Below the pieces are notes generated by a model. The model was not told the origin of the DNA and searched no databases. It saw only the letters and a list, made by a program, of their open reading frames with translations. Shown here one piece after another: positions 40,474 through 51,944 of a stretch of 55,885 bases of DNA. How positions within the stretch are numbered: the first letter of the stretch is position 1; each line of letters opens with the position of its first letter. This DNA comes from Acidobacteriota bacterium (lineage in GTDB: Bacteria; Acidobacteriota; Thermoanaerobaculia; Multivoradales; JAHEKO01), in the NCBI GenBank assembly GCA_029263375.1, contig JAJCXP010000139.1, positions 1 through 55,885 on the forward strand, in the 5' to 3' direction. A program made the position numbers and the translations under genes.

Positions 40474-41138
40474 CGGAAGACTTCAGCTTTCAGCGGCGGA
40501 CGATGGTGCAGAAGTTGGGGGAGCGGGGGATCCGCGACGAGCGTGTCCTGGAGGCGCTCGGCGAGCTACCGCGTGAGCTGTTCGTCAAGGAACACCTGCG
40601 TAGTCAGGCCTACCAGGACTTCGCTCTACCGATCGGCAACGAGCAGACGATCTCGCAGCCCTGGATCGTTGCCCGAATGACCGAGCTGCTGAAGCTCGAA
40701 CGACGGCACTCGGTGCTCGAGATCGGTACCGGTTCGGGCTATCAGACCGCGATCCTGGCGCGCCTTGCGCAGTGGGTCTACAGTCTCGAACGGGTCTCGG
40801 AGCTCGCCAGTCTGGCGATCCGGCGGCTCCGCGAGCTGGGGGTCGACAACGTCAAGATCCAATCGTTCGACGGCTCGGTCGGCTGGAGCGACCGCGCGCC
40901 CTTCGACCGGATCCTGGTCACCGCCGGCGCGCCGGCGGCGCCGCCACCGCTCCTCGAGCAGCTCGCGGTAGGGGGCCGTATGGTGGTCCCGGAGGGCGGC
41001 CGCGAGCAGCAGCGGCTGGTGGTCTATCGCAAGCTTCGTCAGGGGGTTCGCCGAGAGGCGGGCGAGACGGTAAGCTTCGTGCCGCTCACCGGTCGGCACG
41101 GCTGGGGCGGCGAAGACTCCGACAGCTCCGATCGGTGA
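40470..41138 (+). CDS. pcm: Protein-L-isoaspartate O-methyltransferase
   Basis: QTISQP, VLEIGTGSGYQTAIL, APFDRILVTA, FVPL. Confidence 0.95.
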   Translation: MTEDFSFQRRTMVQKLGERGIRDERVLEALGELPRELFVKEHLRSQAYQDFALPIGNEQTISQPWIVARMTELLKLERRHSVLEIGTGSGYQTAILARLAQWVYSLERVSELASLAIRRLRELGVDNVKIQSFDGSVGWSDRAPFDRILVTAGAPAAPPPLLEQLAVGGRMVVPEGGREQQRLVVYRKLRQGVRREAGETVSFVPLTGRHGWGGEDSDSSDR

Positions 41139-41141
41139 CCC

Positions 41142-41804
41142 ATGGGCAAGCTCTACAACAGCTTTCACGACCTGATGACCCAGATGCTGGGCTGGGTCGA
41201 GGCGTTCGCAACGACACCCTACGGCGGTTGGGCGCTGTTCGTGCTGGCGTTCGCGGAGAGCAGCTTCTTCCCGATTCCGCCCGACGTGCTCTTGATCGCG
41301 CTGTGCCTCGGCGATCCGGGCAAGGCGTACTGGTTCGCGACCCTGTGCTCGGTCGGGTCGGTGCTCGGCGGCGTCGCTGGCTACGGCATCGGCTACTACG
41401 GCGGCCGGCCCCTGATGCGGCGACTGTTCAACGAACGAAAGATCCGGGCGGTGGAGGATCTCTACGACCGCTACAACGCGTGGGCGACCGGCGTCGCCGG
41501 ACTGACCCCGCTGCCCTACAAGCTGTTCACGATCTCGGGCGGGGTCTTCGCGATCAACTTCAAGATATTCCTGCTCGCCTCGGTGATCGCGCGGACGTTG
41601 AGGTTCTTCGTCGTCGCCGCGTTGATCAGCTTGGTAGGCGAGCCTGCCAAGCGGCTGATCGACGAGCACCTCGGGTGGCTCTCGATCGCCTTTGTTATTC
41701 TGCTGATCACTGGTTTCTACATCGTGGGCAAGGGGTTCGGAGGGATCGGGTCCGACCACGCAGAAGAAACGCACGAAGAGAGGGCTGACAAATCGAATGG
41801 ATGA
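41142..41804 (+). CDS. YqaA/DedA (VTT domain) membrane protein
   Basis: [25 protein letters not shown]. Confidence 0.88.
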   Translation: MGKLYNSFHDLMTQMLGWVEAFATTPYGGWALFVLAFAESSFFPIPPDVLLIALCLGDPGKAYWFATLCSVGSVLGGVAGYGIGYYGGRPLMRRLFNERKIRAVEDLYDRYNAWATGVAGLTPLPYKLFTISGGVFAINFKIFLLASVIARTLRFFVVAALISLVGEPAKRLIDEHLGWLSIAFVILLITGFYIVGKGFGGIGSDHAEETHEERADKSNG

Positions 41805-42312
41805 CCTGAAGCGACACATTCGCGAAATACCCGACTATCCGAAGCCGGGAATCCTCTTCTACGACATCACGACGCTGCTCGGGAATCCGTGGGCGCTGCG
41901 CACCACGGCGGATCGGTTCGTCGAGCGCTTCATCGATCGGAAGATCGACAAGGTCGTTGGTATGGAGTCGCGCGGCTTCCTGTTCGGACCGATCCTGGCC
42001 TACAACCTGAACGCCGGCTTTGTGCCGGTGCGCAAGCCGGGCAAGCTGCCGTCCGACGTGGTCAGCGAGAGCTACGACCTCGAATACGGTACCGATTCGC
42101 TCGAGATGCACAACGATGGCATCAAGTCCGGCGAGAAGGTCCTGATCGTCGATGACCTGATTGCGACCGGCGGCACCGCGAAGGCAACCGCGAGCATCGT
42201 CGAGTCGGTCGGCGGTCAAATCGCCGGCTTCGGGTTCATCATCGAGCTGAAGTTTCTCAACGGCCGCGAGGTGCTCTCGGGCTACGAGGTCGAATCGCTC
42301 CTTCAGTACTGA
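41797..42312 (+). CDS. apt: Adenine phosphoribosyltransferase
   Basis: [43 protein letters not shown]. Confidence 0.97.
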   Translation: MDDLKRHIREIPDYPKPGILFYDITTLLGNPWALRTTADRFVERFIDRKIDKVVGMESRGFLFGPILAYNLNAGFVPVRKPGKLPSDVVSESYDLEYGTDSLEMHNDGIKSGEKVLIVDDLIATGGTAKATASIVESVGGQIAGFGFIIELKFLNGREVLSGYEVESLLQY

Positions 42313-42320
42313 GTTGCACG

Positions 42321-42326
42321 TATAAT
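42321..42326 (+). promoter_or_regulatory. -10 box of tRNA promoter
   Basis: Perfect TATAAT 14 nt upstream of the tRNA 5' end. Confidence 0.6.
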
Positions 42327-42340
42327 CCAGGCTCCGCGGA

Positions 42341-42417
42341 GCGGCTGTAGCTCAGGTGGATAGAGCGGGAGCTTCCTAAGCTTTAGGTCGGGGGTTCGAG
42401 TCCTCCCAGCCGCACCA
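42341..42417 (+). tRNA. tRNA-Arg, anticodon CCT
   Basis: Acceptor GCGGCTG/CAGCCGC plus ACCA, D-arm GCTC/GAGC, anticodon loop TTCCTAA, T-loop GGTTCGAGTCC; 77 nt. Confidence 0.96.
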
Positions 42418-42489
42418 ATTCGCCGGGCCTCCCAGCGGAACGTCCGACGCCCGCTCCAGAATCGTCTTCAGAAGACCCAAAGAGGGAAC

Positions 42490-43227
42490 ATGAGTTCGCG
42501 ACTGACCAGAAAAGACATCAAACGCGACGAAGTGCTCGAGACCATCGGCGGCTTCGTCGGATTCGTGACCAAACACGGCAAGTCGATCGTGCTCGCCGCG
42601 GTCGGCCTGATCGTCCTGATCCTCGCCCTGGTGGGCTACCGCGTGTACGCGATGGGCAGAGCGGAGGAGGGCAGCCGCGCCCTGGGTCGTGCTCAGCGGG
42701 TGTACGAAGCGCCGATCGATTCCGAAGCGCCCGAACCGGACGCTGCCGTCGCACCGAGCTTTGCCGACGAGGCCGGCCGCACCGCTCGTGCGCGTGAGCT
42801 GTTCGAGTCGGTGGCGAGCGAGTTCGGGGGCACCGACGCCGGCGACATCGCGTCGGCCTACCTGGGCTCGATCGCGGCCGCGGCGGGCGATCTCGAGAGC
42901 GCCCGCGAGCACTGGTCCGGGTTCGTCGATCGGCAACCGGACCATCTGCTGTCGCAGGAGATCCGGGTAAACCTCATGGCTCTGGACCGTAGACTCGGTC
43001 GCGGTGAGGATCTGGTCGACGAGTTGCGGGCCGAGCTCGCGTCGGCCAGTTCGAAGCTGCCGGAGGAGCTGTTGCTCAACCAGCTCGGCCTGACCCTCGA
43101 GGAGCTAGGTAGAGCGGACGAGGCGCTCGATATCTATCAGCGTCTGGTCCAGGACTTTCCGCAGTCGCCCTATTCGCGCGTGGCGAGCGACCGCATCTCG
43201 GAGCTCGAAGGGTCCGCGGCCGCCTGA
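42490..43227 (+). CDS. YfgM-like membrane-anchored tetratricopeptide repeat protein
   Basis: RKDIKRDE N-terminus, single TM helix, TPR-like helices ending YQRLVQDFPQSPY. Confidence 0.75.
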   Translation: MSSRLTRKDIKRDEVLETIGGFVGFVTKHGKSIVLAAVGLIVLILALVGYRVYAMGRAEEGSRALGRAQRVYEAPIDSEAPEPDAAVAPSFADEAGRTARARELFESVASEFGGTDAGDIASAYLGSIAAAAGDLESAREHWSGFVDRQPDHLLSQEIRVNLMALDRRLGRGEDLVDELRAELASASSKLPEELLLNQLGLTLEELGRADEALDIYQRLVQDFPQSPYSRVASDRISELEGSAAA

Positions 43228-43231
43228 GCCG

Positions 43232-44524
<1,293 letters not shown>

Positions 44525-44526
44525 CG

Positions 44527-45687
44527 CTATTCGGTCGTTTCGCCGAAGCGCGACGCGAGGATCGCCAGGTCGCGGCCGTCGATGATGCCGTCTTCGTTGA
44601 AGTCGAGCAGCAGATTGAAGCGTGGCTCGCCGATCTCGGCGCCGAAGCCGGTAGCGAACTGCTCGAGATCGAACTGCTCCACGGTGCAGTTGCCGTCGAC
44701 ATCCGCGGCGAGGTGCTCACGACCCTCGACCGAGTAGACCCAGAGCAGCGACGAATATTCGTTCGGCGGCTCGGCCCGGTCGCGCGAGTTGACGCTCAAC
44801 ACGACTCGGCAGCCGAGCTGCTTGCGATTGATGGTCGCCTTGAGGTTGGCGCGTCTCTTGGTGCTCGAGCCCTTACTGGCGGAGGCCATCACTTCGCCGT
44901 TGATGACGAAGGTGGTTTCGTTGAAGGCGATGCCGGCGCCGTTACTCGACTCGTACATGCTGGCGGTCAGGGTGGAGCCGCTCGACAGCAGGTCGACATT
45001 GGGCGCGAACCGGCCGGGTACCGGCGCCACCGTGTCGACCTCGAGGATCTGGTCCGCGAAGAGCTGAGCCAGCTCCTCATAGCCCTCAACGTTCGGATGG
45101 CCGATCGGATCCTTGCCACCCGCGTAGAGCCTGCGGTAGACGTCGGGGGTGAAGAAGGGGTTGAAGTGGGCCCAGCCGTCCGCGAACGGCAGGTTCCGGT
45201 CGGCCGTCAGGTCGTAGATCCCCCAGTTGAGCGCCTCCGTGACGGCGTTGCGACTGTCCCTCTTCGCCTTGGGCAGACGGGGAATGACGGTGCCCATGTA
45301 GACCCTCATGCCGCGAGGCTTCGCCTTGCTGACCATGGCGTCCAGATTGGCCAGCACCGACTCGAGTGAGAGGAGGCCTTCGGCGATCATCGTGACGTCG
45401 TTGGTACCCTCCATGAGCAGCAGGTGGTCGCCGCCCCCTGCCAGGACTTCGTCGAGGCGCTCGAGACCTTCGAACGAGCTCTCGCCGGCCAGGCCGTGGT
45501 TCTCGACCTTGGCGTCGAGGCCGGCGTCGCGCAGGATCTGCTGGAGCTTCGGGGGATAGCCCGGCGGGCTGCTGTTGTCGCCGACGCCCTCGGTGATCGA
45601 GTCGCCGAAGGCGACGTAGCGCTCCTCGGCGCCGGCGGGAAGCGCCAGCGACAGGATCAGCAGCGGAATCCAGAGGCGCCGGGTCAT
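44527..45687 (-). CDS. Secreted SGNH/GDSL hydrolase with Ig-like domain and C-terminal dockerin-like EF-hand pair
   Basis: GDSITEG, NHG, EGTND, GHPN; C-terminal DVDGNCTVEQFDL and DFNEDGIIDGRDL repeats; signal peptide. Confidence 0.82.
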   Translation of the reverse strand: MTRRLWIPLLILSLALPAGAEERYVAFGDSITEGVGDNSSPPGYPPKLQQILRDAGLDAKVENHGLAGESSFEGLERLDEVLAGGGDHLLLMEGTNDVTMIAEGLLSLESVLANLDAMVSKAKPRGMRVYMGTVIPRLPKAKRDSRNAVTEALNWGIYDLTADRNLPFADGWAHFNPFFTPDVYRRLYAGGKDPIGHPNVEGYEELAQLFADQILEVDTVAPVPGRFAPNVDLLSSGSTLTASMYESSNGAGIAFNETTFVINGEVMASASKGSSTKRRANLKATINRKQLGCRVVLSVNSRDRAEPPNEYSSLLWVYSVEGREHLAADVDGNCTVEQFDLEQFATGFGAEIGEPRFNLLLDFNEDGIIDGRDLAILASRFGETTE

Positions 45688-46706
45688 GGCACGTTCCAGT
45701 AGCCGCGCGCCGCCGCGCGCTCGGGCCAGTGCAGGTCGATCCCGCTGCCGTCGCGGAGCGCGATAGAAGGGCGAGTCGGCGCGGTGGCGAGGAAACCGCT
45801 GCGCCGTCGCTCGTCACCGCCGGCGTCGATCTCGAGCACGCCCCAGCCGCGTGGCTCGGCCGTGCGATGGAGTAGGTAGAGTCGGCCGTCCATCCGGTGG
45901 AAGCTGGGGAAGAGGCCGGCTCCCAGCGATCTGGGCGGCTGCCACCGGCCGCGCCGGAAGCGGGCGATCATCAGTTCGTAGCCGCTACCGTCGAAACGGC
46001 TCCAGGCGGCCAGGGCGCCTCCCCGGGTCGCGATCACTGTCGGCGTGACATCGGGCACTCGATTGCCGGGGCCGAGCCGGCGCGGCGCATCCCAGCCGTT
46101 GCCGTTGCTGAGGCTGTAGCGGATCTCGTCGTCATTGCCGTCGAAGGCGCTCCAGACCAGCAGCGACTCCCCGTCCTTCAGGGTCGCGACCGAAAGACCG
46201 GTCTGGCTGCCGGGCCCGGGACCGCTCACCGTCTCCAGCGGTCCCCAATCGGCGCCCGTCCAGGCCCGTGAACGTACGCTCAGCTCGCCCGTACTGCCGC
46301 CGGCCAGCCAGGTGATGCCGTCGAATCGGCCATCCCGGACCAGCAGCTGCGGCCGGACCTGAACGCGGTCCTCCGAGGCTGGCCGGTCGAGCCGCCGGAA
46401 GCCCAGGTTGTCGGCGGTCACGACGACCAATCGCGAGCTACCGTCCTCATCGCGGCGGCGGCCGGCGGCCACCCAACCGTCGCGGGTCTTGACGATGTCG
46501 GTCAGCAGCTCGCCGTCGGCGAGATCGTAGCTGCGCGCCTTGCCTTCGACCTCGACGCGAGCCTCTCCTGGACGGCTCCAGAGCAGTAGGCTCCTAGGCG
46601 CCTCGGACGGCTGCACCACGGTCCACTCCCCACGGTCCTCGGCTACGGCGACTGTGAGGGTGGAAACCAGGAAGGTCAGCGCTAGGAGGGATCCTCTCCT
46701 CAGCAC
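45684..46706 (-). CDS. Secreted hypothetical protein, beta-propeller-like repeats
   Basis: Signal peptide; repeated W..P..(V/L) / LLVWS.FDG...I.Y units; ATGA-coupled to the SGNH gene. Confidence 0.6.
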   Translation of the reverse strand: MLRRGSLLALTFLVSTLTVAVAEDRGEWTVVQPSEAPRSLLLWSRPGEARVEVEGKARSYDLADGELLTDIVKTRDGWVAAGRRRDEDGSSRLVVVTADNLGFRRLDRPASEDRVQVRPQLLVRDGRFDGITWLAGGSTGELSVRSRAWTGADWGPLETVSGPGPGSQTGLSVATLKDGESLLVWSAFDGNDDEIRYSLSNGNGWDAPRRLGPGNRVPDVTPTVIATRGGALAAWSRFDGSGYELMIARFRRGRWQPPRSLGAGLFPSFHRMDGRLYLLHRTAEPRGWGVLEIDAGGDERRRSGFLATAPTRPSIALRDGSGIDLHWPERAAARGYWNVP

Positions 46707-46712
46707 GGGGTA

Positions 46713-46809
46713 ATCGTAGGATGGCGACGGAACCGTGTCAATTGCGGGCTGGCCCCGTTTCGGTGGGCGTGTTTGCGCGAAACGGAGCGCCGCTCGATTC
46801 CGGTATCAT
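46713..46809. promoter_or_regulatory. Divergent -10 boxes for 46706 gene (TACGAT, minus) and cinA (TATCAT, plus), with an internal inverted repeat
   Basis: Hexamers 6 and 7 nt before the starts; CCGTTTCG-N15-CGAAACGG at 46755-46785. Confidence 0.5.
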
Positions 46810-46816
46810 CACGGCT

Positions 46817-48112
46817 ATGCGGGCCGCGATTCTCGCGGTCGGGTCCGAGCTGCTGGGAACCGACCGTCTCGACACCAATTCACTCCGGATCACGGAGACT
46901 CTCCACCGCTACGGCGTGGCGTTGACCCGCAAGAGCGTGGTCGGCGACGACCCGGAGGAGCTGGCGGCGGAGCTTGCCTATTCGATCGCTCGATGCGATC
47001 TGTTGGTGGTCACCGGCGGCATCGGCCCGACCTGCGACGACGTGACCCGGGAGGCGGTGGCGATGGCGCTCGGCCGGCGGCTCGTGCGCGACCAGGAGAT
47101 CGTCGAGGGGATCCGAGCGAAGTTCGCCAGCTTCGGACGCGAGATGCCGGACTCGAATGACAAGCAGGGCGATGTGATCGAAGGCGGCGTTGTCCTCCAG
47201 AACCATCGTGGGACCGCTCCGGGACAGCGCGTCGAACACTCCCGAGGCACCTTGTTCCTGCTTCCGGGGGTGCCGCACGAGGTCGAAGGGCTGATCGTCG
47301 GAGAGCTCGAGCCGTGGTTGAAAGAGCGCGGCTCGATGCCGATCGAGCTCGCCCACCTGAAAGTCGCGTGTGTGTCGGAGTCGAGCCTAGAGCATCTGAT
47401 CCAGCCCTACCGGGATCGCTTCGGCACCGTCGGTCTGTCGATCCTGTCGAGGCCCGGCGAGGTCCTCGTCAGACTGACAGGTGGCGAGCCGGGTTCCGAC
47501 GGCAGCCGAGGTCTTCGCGAGCGCGAAGCTTGCCTGGTGGATCTTCTGGGCGAGGCGGTCTACGCGCGCCGTCCCGAGCAGACCCTCGAGGCGACGGTTG
47601 GACAGTTGTTGCAGGCCGCCGGCTCGACCGTGGTCACCGCAGAATCGTGCACCGGGGGCCTGGTGGCCGAGCGCTTGACCCGCGTGCCGGGCAGCAGCGA
47701 GTACTTCCTGGGCTCGACCGTCACCTACTCGTACGAGCTGAAGGCGTCGCTCCTGGGCGTCGACCGGCGCGAGATTCAGCGGCATGGCGCGGTCAGCCGG
47801 GAAGTCGTCACGGCGATGGCGGAAGGGGCGCGGACCCTGCTTGCGGGGGACTACTGCATCGCTTTGAGCGGCGTGGCCGGTCCCGGTGGGGGCACCCCGG
47901 AGAAACCGGTCGGTACCATCGACATCGCCCTGGCCATGCCGGACGGCCCGACGCGGCATCTGCGAGTCCGCTTGCCGGGAGACCGCGGTCGAATTCGCGA
48001 GCAGGCCGCGCAGTGGGGCTTGGATATGCTGCGCCGCCGGCTGATCGGTGCCGTAGAGCCGGACGCTTCGTACCTCGCGCCCAGAACGGCCGAGGCAAGC
48101 CCGGTGAGCTGA
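46817..48112 (+). CDS. cinA: Competence/damage-inducible protein CinA (MoCF-like domain plus NMN deamidase PncC domain)
   Basis: AVGSELL, GGIGPTCDDVTR, GTAPG, LPGVP, TAESCTGGL, SGVAGPGGG. Confidence 0.94.
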   Translation: MRAAILAVGSELLGTDRLDTNSLRITETLHRYGVALTRKSVVGDDPEELAAELAYSIARCDLLVVTGGIGPTCDDVTREAVAMALGRRLVRDQEIVEGIRAKFASFGREMPDSNDKQGDVIEGGVVLQNHRGTAPGQRVEHSRGTLFLLPGVPHEVEGLIVGELEPWLKERGSMPIELAHLKVACVSESSLEHLIQPYRDRFGTVGLSILSRPGEVLVRLTGGEPGSDGSRGLREREACLVDLLGEAVYARRPEQTLEATVGQLLQAAGSTVVTAESCTGGLVAERLTRVPGSSEYFLGSTVTYSYELKASLLGVDRREIQRHGAVSREVVTAMAEGARTLLAGDYCIALSGVAGPGGGTPEKPVGTIDIALAMPDGPTRHLRVRLPGDRGRIREQAAQWGLDMLRRRLIGAVEPDASYLAPRTAEASPVS

Positions 48113-48678
48113 TGAGATTGTTCGTCGCCATCGAGCTGCCCGAGAGAGTCCGGGTCGCGGTGGAGGACCTCATCTCGAGGAGGCGGTCCGGCCTGCCCAA
48201 GGCCCGCTGGGTAAGCGGCTCCAGTCTTCACCTGACGCTGGTCTTTCTGGGGGACGTGCCCGAGCCGCGGCTGAGACCCCTCGGTGGCGCCCTGACCGAG
48301 GCGTGCGGGCGGCAGAGACCCTTCAGGCTCCAGCTCGAAGGGAGCGGTTGTTTTCCGGCAAGCGGCAAGGCGCGAGTCGCCTGGGTCGGGGTTCGAGGCA
48401 GTGCCGAGCTTGTTCGGCTGCAGGCGTCGCTAGCCGGAGCACTTCAGTCAGCGATCGGCTTCGAGCCCGAGAGGCGCCCGTACAGCCCCCACCTGACGGT
48501 GGGCAGGTGCGAGCCGCCATGGCCGGCGAGTGCTGCCAAGATCTGGTCCGAGGCGGTGAACGGCGATCTTGGCGAGGAGTTCCCGGTACCGACGGTAGGC
48601 CTGATCCAGAGCCGCCTGGGCGCGGCCGGTCCCACCTACACGACCTTGCATCGCGTCCCTCTTGGGGGAAAGTCGTGA
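48112..48678 (+). CDS. thpR: RNA 2',3'-cyclic phosphodiesterase (2'-5' RNA ligase family)
   Basis: MRLFVAI start, two HxT motifs (LHLTL, PHLTV), SRL...GPTY. Confidence 0.92.
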   Translation: MRLFVAIELPERVRVAVEDLISRRRSGLPKARWVSGSSLHLTLVFLGDVPEPRLRPLGGALTEACGRQRPFRLQLEGSGCFPASGKARVAWVGVRGSAELVRLQASLAGALQSAIGFEPERRPYSPHLTVGRCEPPWPASAAKIWSEAVNGDLGEEFPVPTVGLIQSRLGAAGPTYTTLHRVPLGGKS

Positions 48679-48750
48679 ACGGGTTGGGGGAGATGTTGTG
48701 AGCGGCTTTGGGGAGACGTCGTGAGCGGCTTTTGGGAGACGTCGTGAGCG
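48675..48750 (+). repeat. Three 23-bp tandem units, each encoding an 8-codon GTGA-coupled mini-ORF
   Basis: gtgaacgggttgggggagatgtt / gtgagcggctttggggagacgtc / gtgagcggcttttgggagacgtc / gtgagcg. Confidence 0.9.
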
Positions 48751-49346
48751 ACGTGCTGCTGCCGCTCGGGGCCTACCTGGTGGGTTCGATCCCGTTCAGC
48801 TTTGTCGTCGTCCGGCTCCTGCGCGGCGTCGATGTGCGTCGGGTCGGCAGTGGCAATGCGGGTGCGACCAATGCGCTGCGCGCGGCCGGGCTGGCGCCGG
48901 CGCTCGCGGTGCTTGTTCTCGATATCGGCAAGGGGGTCGTACCAGTGATGCTGGCCAGAGCATGGGGCGCCACTCCGACAGTGCTCGGAACGGTCGCCGT
49001 CGCAGCGGTCCTGGGGCATCTGTTCCCGATCTACATCGGATTCCGAGGGGGCAAGGGTGTGGCGACGGCGCTCGGGGCGTTCGGCGGGCTGGCGCTCTGG
49101 CCGACGATGACCGCGGCCGCCGCTATTCTGACGATGATCCTCTGGAAGCGCTACGTCTCGCTGGGCTCGATCGTCGGAATCGCGTTGGTGCCGTTGCTGA
49201 TGCTTGGATGGCAGCGACCGCTCTGGGAGGTAGGCGTCGCCGCGGCGATCGCAGTTCTGGTGGTGGCGCGCCACAGCAGCAACATCCAGCGGTTGCGCTC
49301 AGGCACGGAGCGGCGCCTGGGTGAGCGCGTCGGAGTTGCACGATGA
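48744..49346 (+). CDS. plsY: Glycerol-3-phosphate acyltransferase PlsY
   Basis: AYLVGSIPF, GSGNAGATNALR, LDIGKG, GHLFPI..FRGGKGVAT, HSSNIQRL. Confidence 0.95.
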   Translation: MSDVLLPLGAYLVGSIPFSFVVVRLLRGVDVRRVGSGNAGATNALRAAGLAPALAVLVLDIGKGVVPVMLARAWGATPTVLGTVAVAAVLGHLFPIYIGFRGGKGVATALGAFGGLALWPTMTAAAAILTMILWKRYVSLGSIVGIALVPLLMLGWQRPLWEVGVAAAIAVLVVARHSSNIQRLRSGTERRLGERVGVAR

Positions 49347-50356
49347 GGCGCGTCGGAGTTCTGGGCGCGGGCTCGTGGGGCACGGCTCTGGCGATTCAGC
49401 TGGCCAGGTCGGGGCTGGAGATCGACCTGTGGGCGCGCAATCCGACGCTGGCCGAGCAGTTGCGAGAGACGGGCCGGAACGAGGTCTACCTGCCGGACGC
49501 TCTCTTCCCGGATGGCCTGCGGGTGACCGACTCTCTCGAGCAGCTGGTGGGCAGCGACGCGCTGCTGATGGTGATTCCTTCGCACGGGTATCGAGCGGTG
49601 ATGCGCGACCTACTGGAGGTCTGGCCGACTGAGAAGGATCTGATCGTCGTCTCCGCGACCAAGGGGATCGAGACCGAAACGCTGGCTCGGATGAGCGGCG
49701 TGACCAGTGAAGAGGCCGAGAACGCCGGCTGCCGGCTGCGCTATGCCGTGCTTTCCGGTCCTACGTTCGCCACCGAGCTGGCCGCGGCTGTTCCCAGCGC
49801 CGCGGTGATCGCCTCGGAGGACGAGGCGCTGGCCGCCGAGCTGCGCGAGGCGTTCTCCGATTGGAACTTCAGGCTCTACTCGTCGAGCGACGTGGTCGGC
49901 GTCGAGCTGGGGGGAGCCGGCAAGAACGTGGTTGCGATCGCCAGCGGCGTGGTGACCGGCGTCGGATTGGGCCACAACACCACGGCCGCGCTGATCACTC
50001 GCGGCCTGCACGAGATCAGCCGGCTCGGCGTGGTGTGCGGTGGCGACCTTCAGACCTTCTCTGGACTGGCCGGTCTGGGTGACCTGGTGCTGACCTGTAC
50101 CGGCGGCCTGTCGCGGAACCGCCATACCGGTCTCGAGCTGGCCGCGGGCAAGAGCCTCGAGACCATCGAGGCCGAGACGTCGATGGTGGCGGAGGGTGTT
50201 CGCAACTCGCTCGCGATCAGTCGACTCGCCCATCAGGAGGGCATCGAGATGCCGATCACCGAACAGATGCGACAGGTGATCTACGAGGGCAAGGAGCCCG
50301 AGCTGGCGGTCGCCGAGCTGATGATGCGCGAGCGCAAGGCCGAAGCCGAACTCTGA
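49343..50356 (+). CDS. gpsA: NAD(P)H-dependent glycerol-3-phosphate dehydrogenase
   Basis: [41 protein letters not shown]...SRN. Confidence 0.96.
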   Translation: MRRVGVLGAGSWGTALAIQLARSGLEIDLWARNPTLAEQLRETGRNEVYLPDALFPDGLRVTDSLEQLVGSDALLMVIPSHGYRAVMRDLLEVWPTEKDLIVVSATKGIETETLARMSGVTSEEAENAGCRLRYAVLSGPTFATELAAAVPSAAVIASEDEALAAELREAFSDWNFRLYSSSDVVGVELGGAGKNVVAIASGVVTGVGLGHNTTAALITRGLHEISRLGVVCGGDLQTFSGLAGLGDLVLTCTGGLSRNRHTGLELAAGKSLETIEAETSMVAEGVRNSLAISRLAHQEGIEMPITEQMRQVIYEGKEPELAVAELMMRERKAEAEL

Positions 50357-50378
50357 ACGAGTCACGGGAGAAGAGCGG

Positions 50379-51944
50379 ATGAGTGAAGTGTACGGGTCGC
50401 CGGCGGAGCGGCATCAGACGGTTCTCATACTGGACTTCGGCAGCCAGTACACCCAGTTGATCGCACGCCGGGTGCGAGAGAACCGCGTCTACTGCGAGAT
50501 CCGTCCGAGCGATCTCTCGGCGGCGGAGATCCGAGAGCGTGCGCCGGTCGGTGTGATCCTCTCCGGCGGACCGCAAAGCGTTTACGCCGAGGGCGCGCCG
50601 CCGATCGACGCCGGCATCTTCGACCTCGGTTTACCGGTGCTCGGTATCTGCTACGGCCTACAGGCGATGGCGCACGCGTTGGGCGGCGGCGTCGTGCCGG
50701 CGGCGGCGCGCGAGTATGGCCGCGCCGAGATTCGGCTCGATCGGCGCGACGGGCTGTTCGACGGTCTCGCCGAGCGCGAGACCGTCTGGATGAGCCACGG
50801 CGACCACGTCGAGCGGCCCCCGGCCGGGTTCGAGATCACCGCCTTCACCGGCAGCGCGCCGGTGGTGGCGATGCAGCACACGGAGCGGCGCCTGTTCGGC
50901 ATCCAGTTTCACCCCGAGGTGTCACACACGGTCTCGGGTGGTGAGGTTCTGCGCAACTTCCTCTATGGCATCTGCGGGGCGCGCGGCGACTGGGGGATGG
51001 CCTCGTTTCTCGAAGAGACGGTCGAGTCGGTGCGAGAGCAGACGCGCGGACGCAACACGCTGTGTGCACTCTCGGGCGGCGTCGACTCCTCGGTAGTGGC
51101 CGTGTTGCTCAAGAGGGCTCTGGGCGATCGGATGACGGCGGTCTTCGTCGATAACGGCCTGCTGCGCAAGGGCGAGGCGCACCAGGTCCTGCACGGTCTG
51201 CGTGACGGCCTCGGTCTGCCGGTCAAGATCGCACACGCTCAGGACCGGTTCCTCGGCGAGCTCGCCGGGGTCGAGGATCCGGAGCGCAAGCGCAAGATCA
51301 TCGGCAAGGTCTTCATCGACGTCTTCGCCGAGGAGGCGGCACGGCTCGACGACATGGCTTTCCTGGCCCAGGGGACGCTCTATCCCGACGTCATCGAGTC
51401 GGCCACCGGGCATGGGCCCGCCGAGGTGATCAAGACCCACCACAATGTCGGCGGTCTACCGGAGCGGTTGGGCTTCGAACTGGTCGAGCCCTTGCGGATG
51501 CTGTTCAAGGACGAGGTGCGTCAGCTCGGCCGTGAGCTCGGGCTGCCCGAAGAGTTCATCGGCCGGCATCCGTTCCCGGGGCCTGGGCTGGCGGTGCGGA
51601 TCCTCGGCGAGGTGACCCGCGAGCGCGCCGACCTGCTGCGCGAGGCGGACGCGATCTTCCTTCACGAGCTGCGCGAGCGCGGCCTCTACGACAAGGTCAG
51701 CCAGGCGTTCGCGGTTCTGCTGCCGGTGAACAGCGTCGGCGTGATGGGGGACTACCGGACCTACGAGAACGTGGTGGCCCTGCGCGCGGTCGAGACCCAG
51801 GACTTCATGACCGCCGACTGGAGCCACCTCCCGCACGACCTCCTCGGTCTGGTCGCGAACCGGATCGTCAACGAGGTGAGTGGCGTCAATCGGGTGGTCT
51901 ATGACGTGACCAGCAAGCCGCCGGCGACGATCGAGTGGGAGTGA
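50379..51944 (+). CDS. guaA: GMP synthase (glutamine-hydrolysing)
   Basis: [48 protein letters not shown]. Confidence 0.98.
   Translation: MSEVYGSPAERHQTVLILDFGSQYTQLIARRVRENRVYCEIRPSDLSAAEIRERAPVGVILSGGPQSVYAEGAPPIDAGIFDLGLPVLGICYGLQAMAHALGGGVVPAAAREYGRAEIRLDRRDGLFDGLAERETVWMSHGDHVERPPAGFEITAFTGSAPVVAMQHTERRLFGIQFHPEVSHTVSGGEVLRNFLYGICGARGDWGMASFLEETVESVREQTRGRNTLCALSGGVDSSVVAVLLKRALGDRMTAVFVDNGLLRKGEAHQVLHGLRDGLGLPVKIAHAQDRFLGELAGVEDPERKRKIIGKVFIDVFAEEAARLDDMAFLAQGTLYPDVIESATGHGPAEVIKTHHNVGGLPERLGFELVEPLRMLFKDEVRQLGRELGLPEEFIGRHPFPGPGLAVRILGEVTRERADLLREADAIFLHELRERGLYDKVSQAFAVLLPVNSVGVMGDYRTYENVVALRAVETQDFMTADWSHLPHDLLGLVANRIVNEVSGVNRVVYDVTSKPPATIEWE

Noticed and set aside
42402-42436. 9-bp repeat cctcccagc of the tRNA 3' region shortly downstream, as a possible att scar
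   Set aside because: Too short, with no integrase or foreign DNA; flanking genes are housekeeping.
48675-48750. 23-bp repeats as a mini CRISPR array
   Set aside because: Units are directly adjacent with no spacers and there are no cas genes; it is a tandem repeat.
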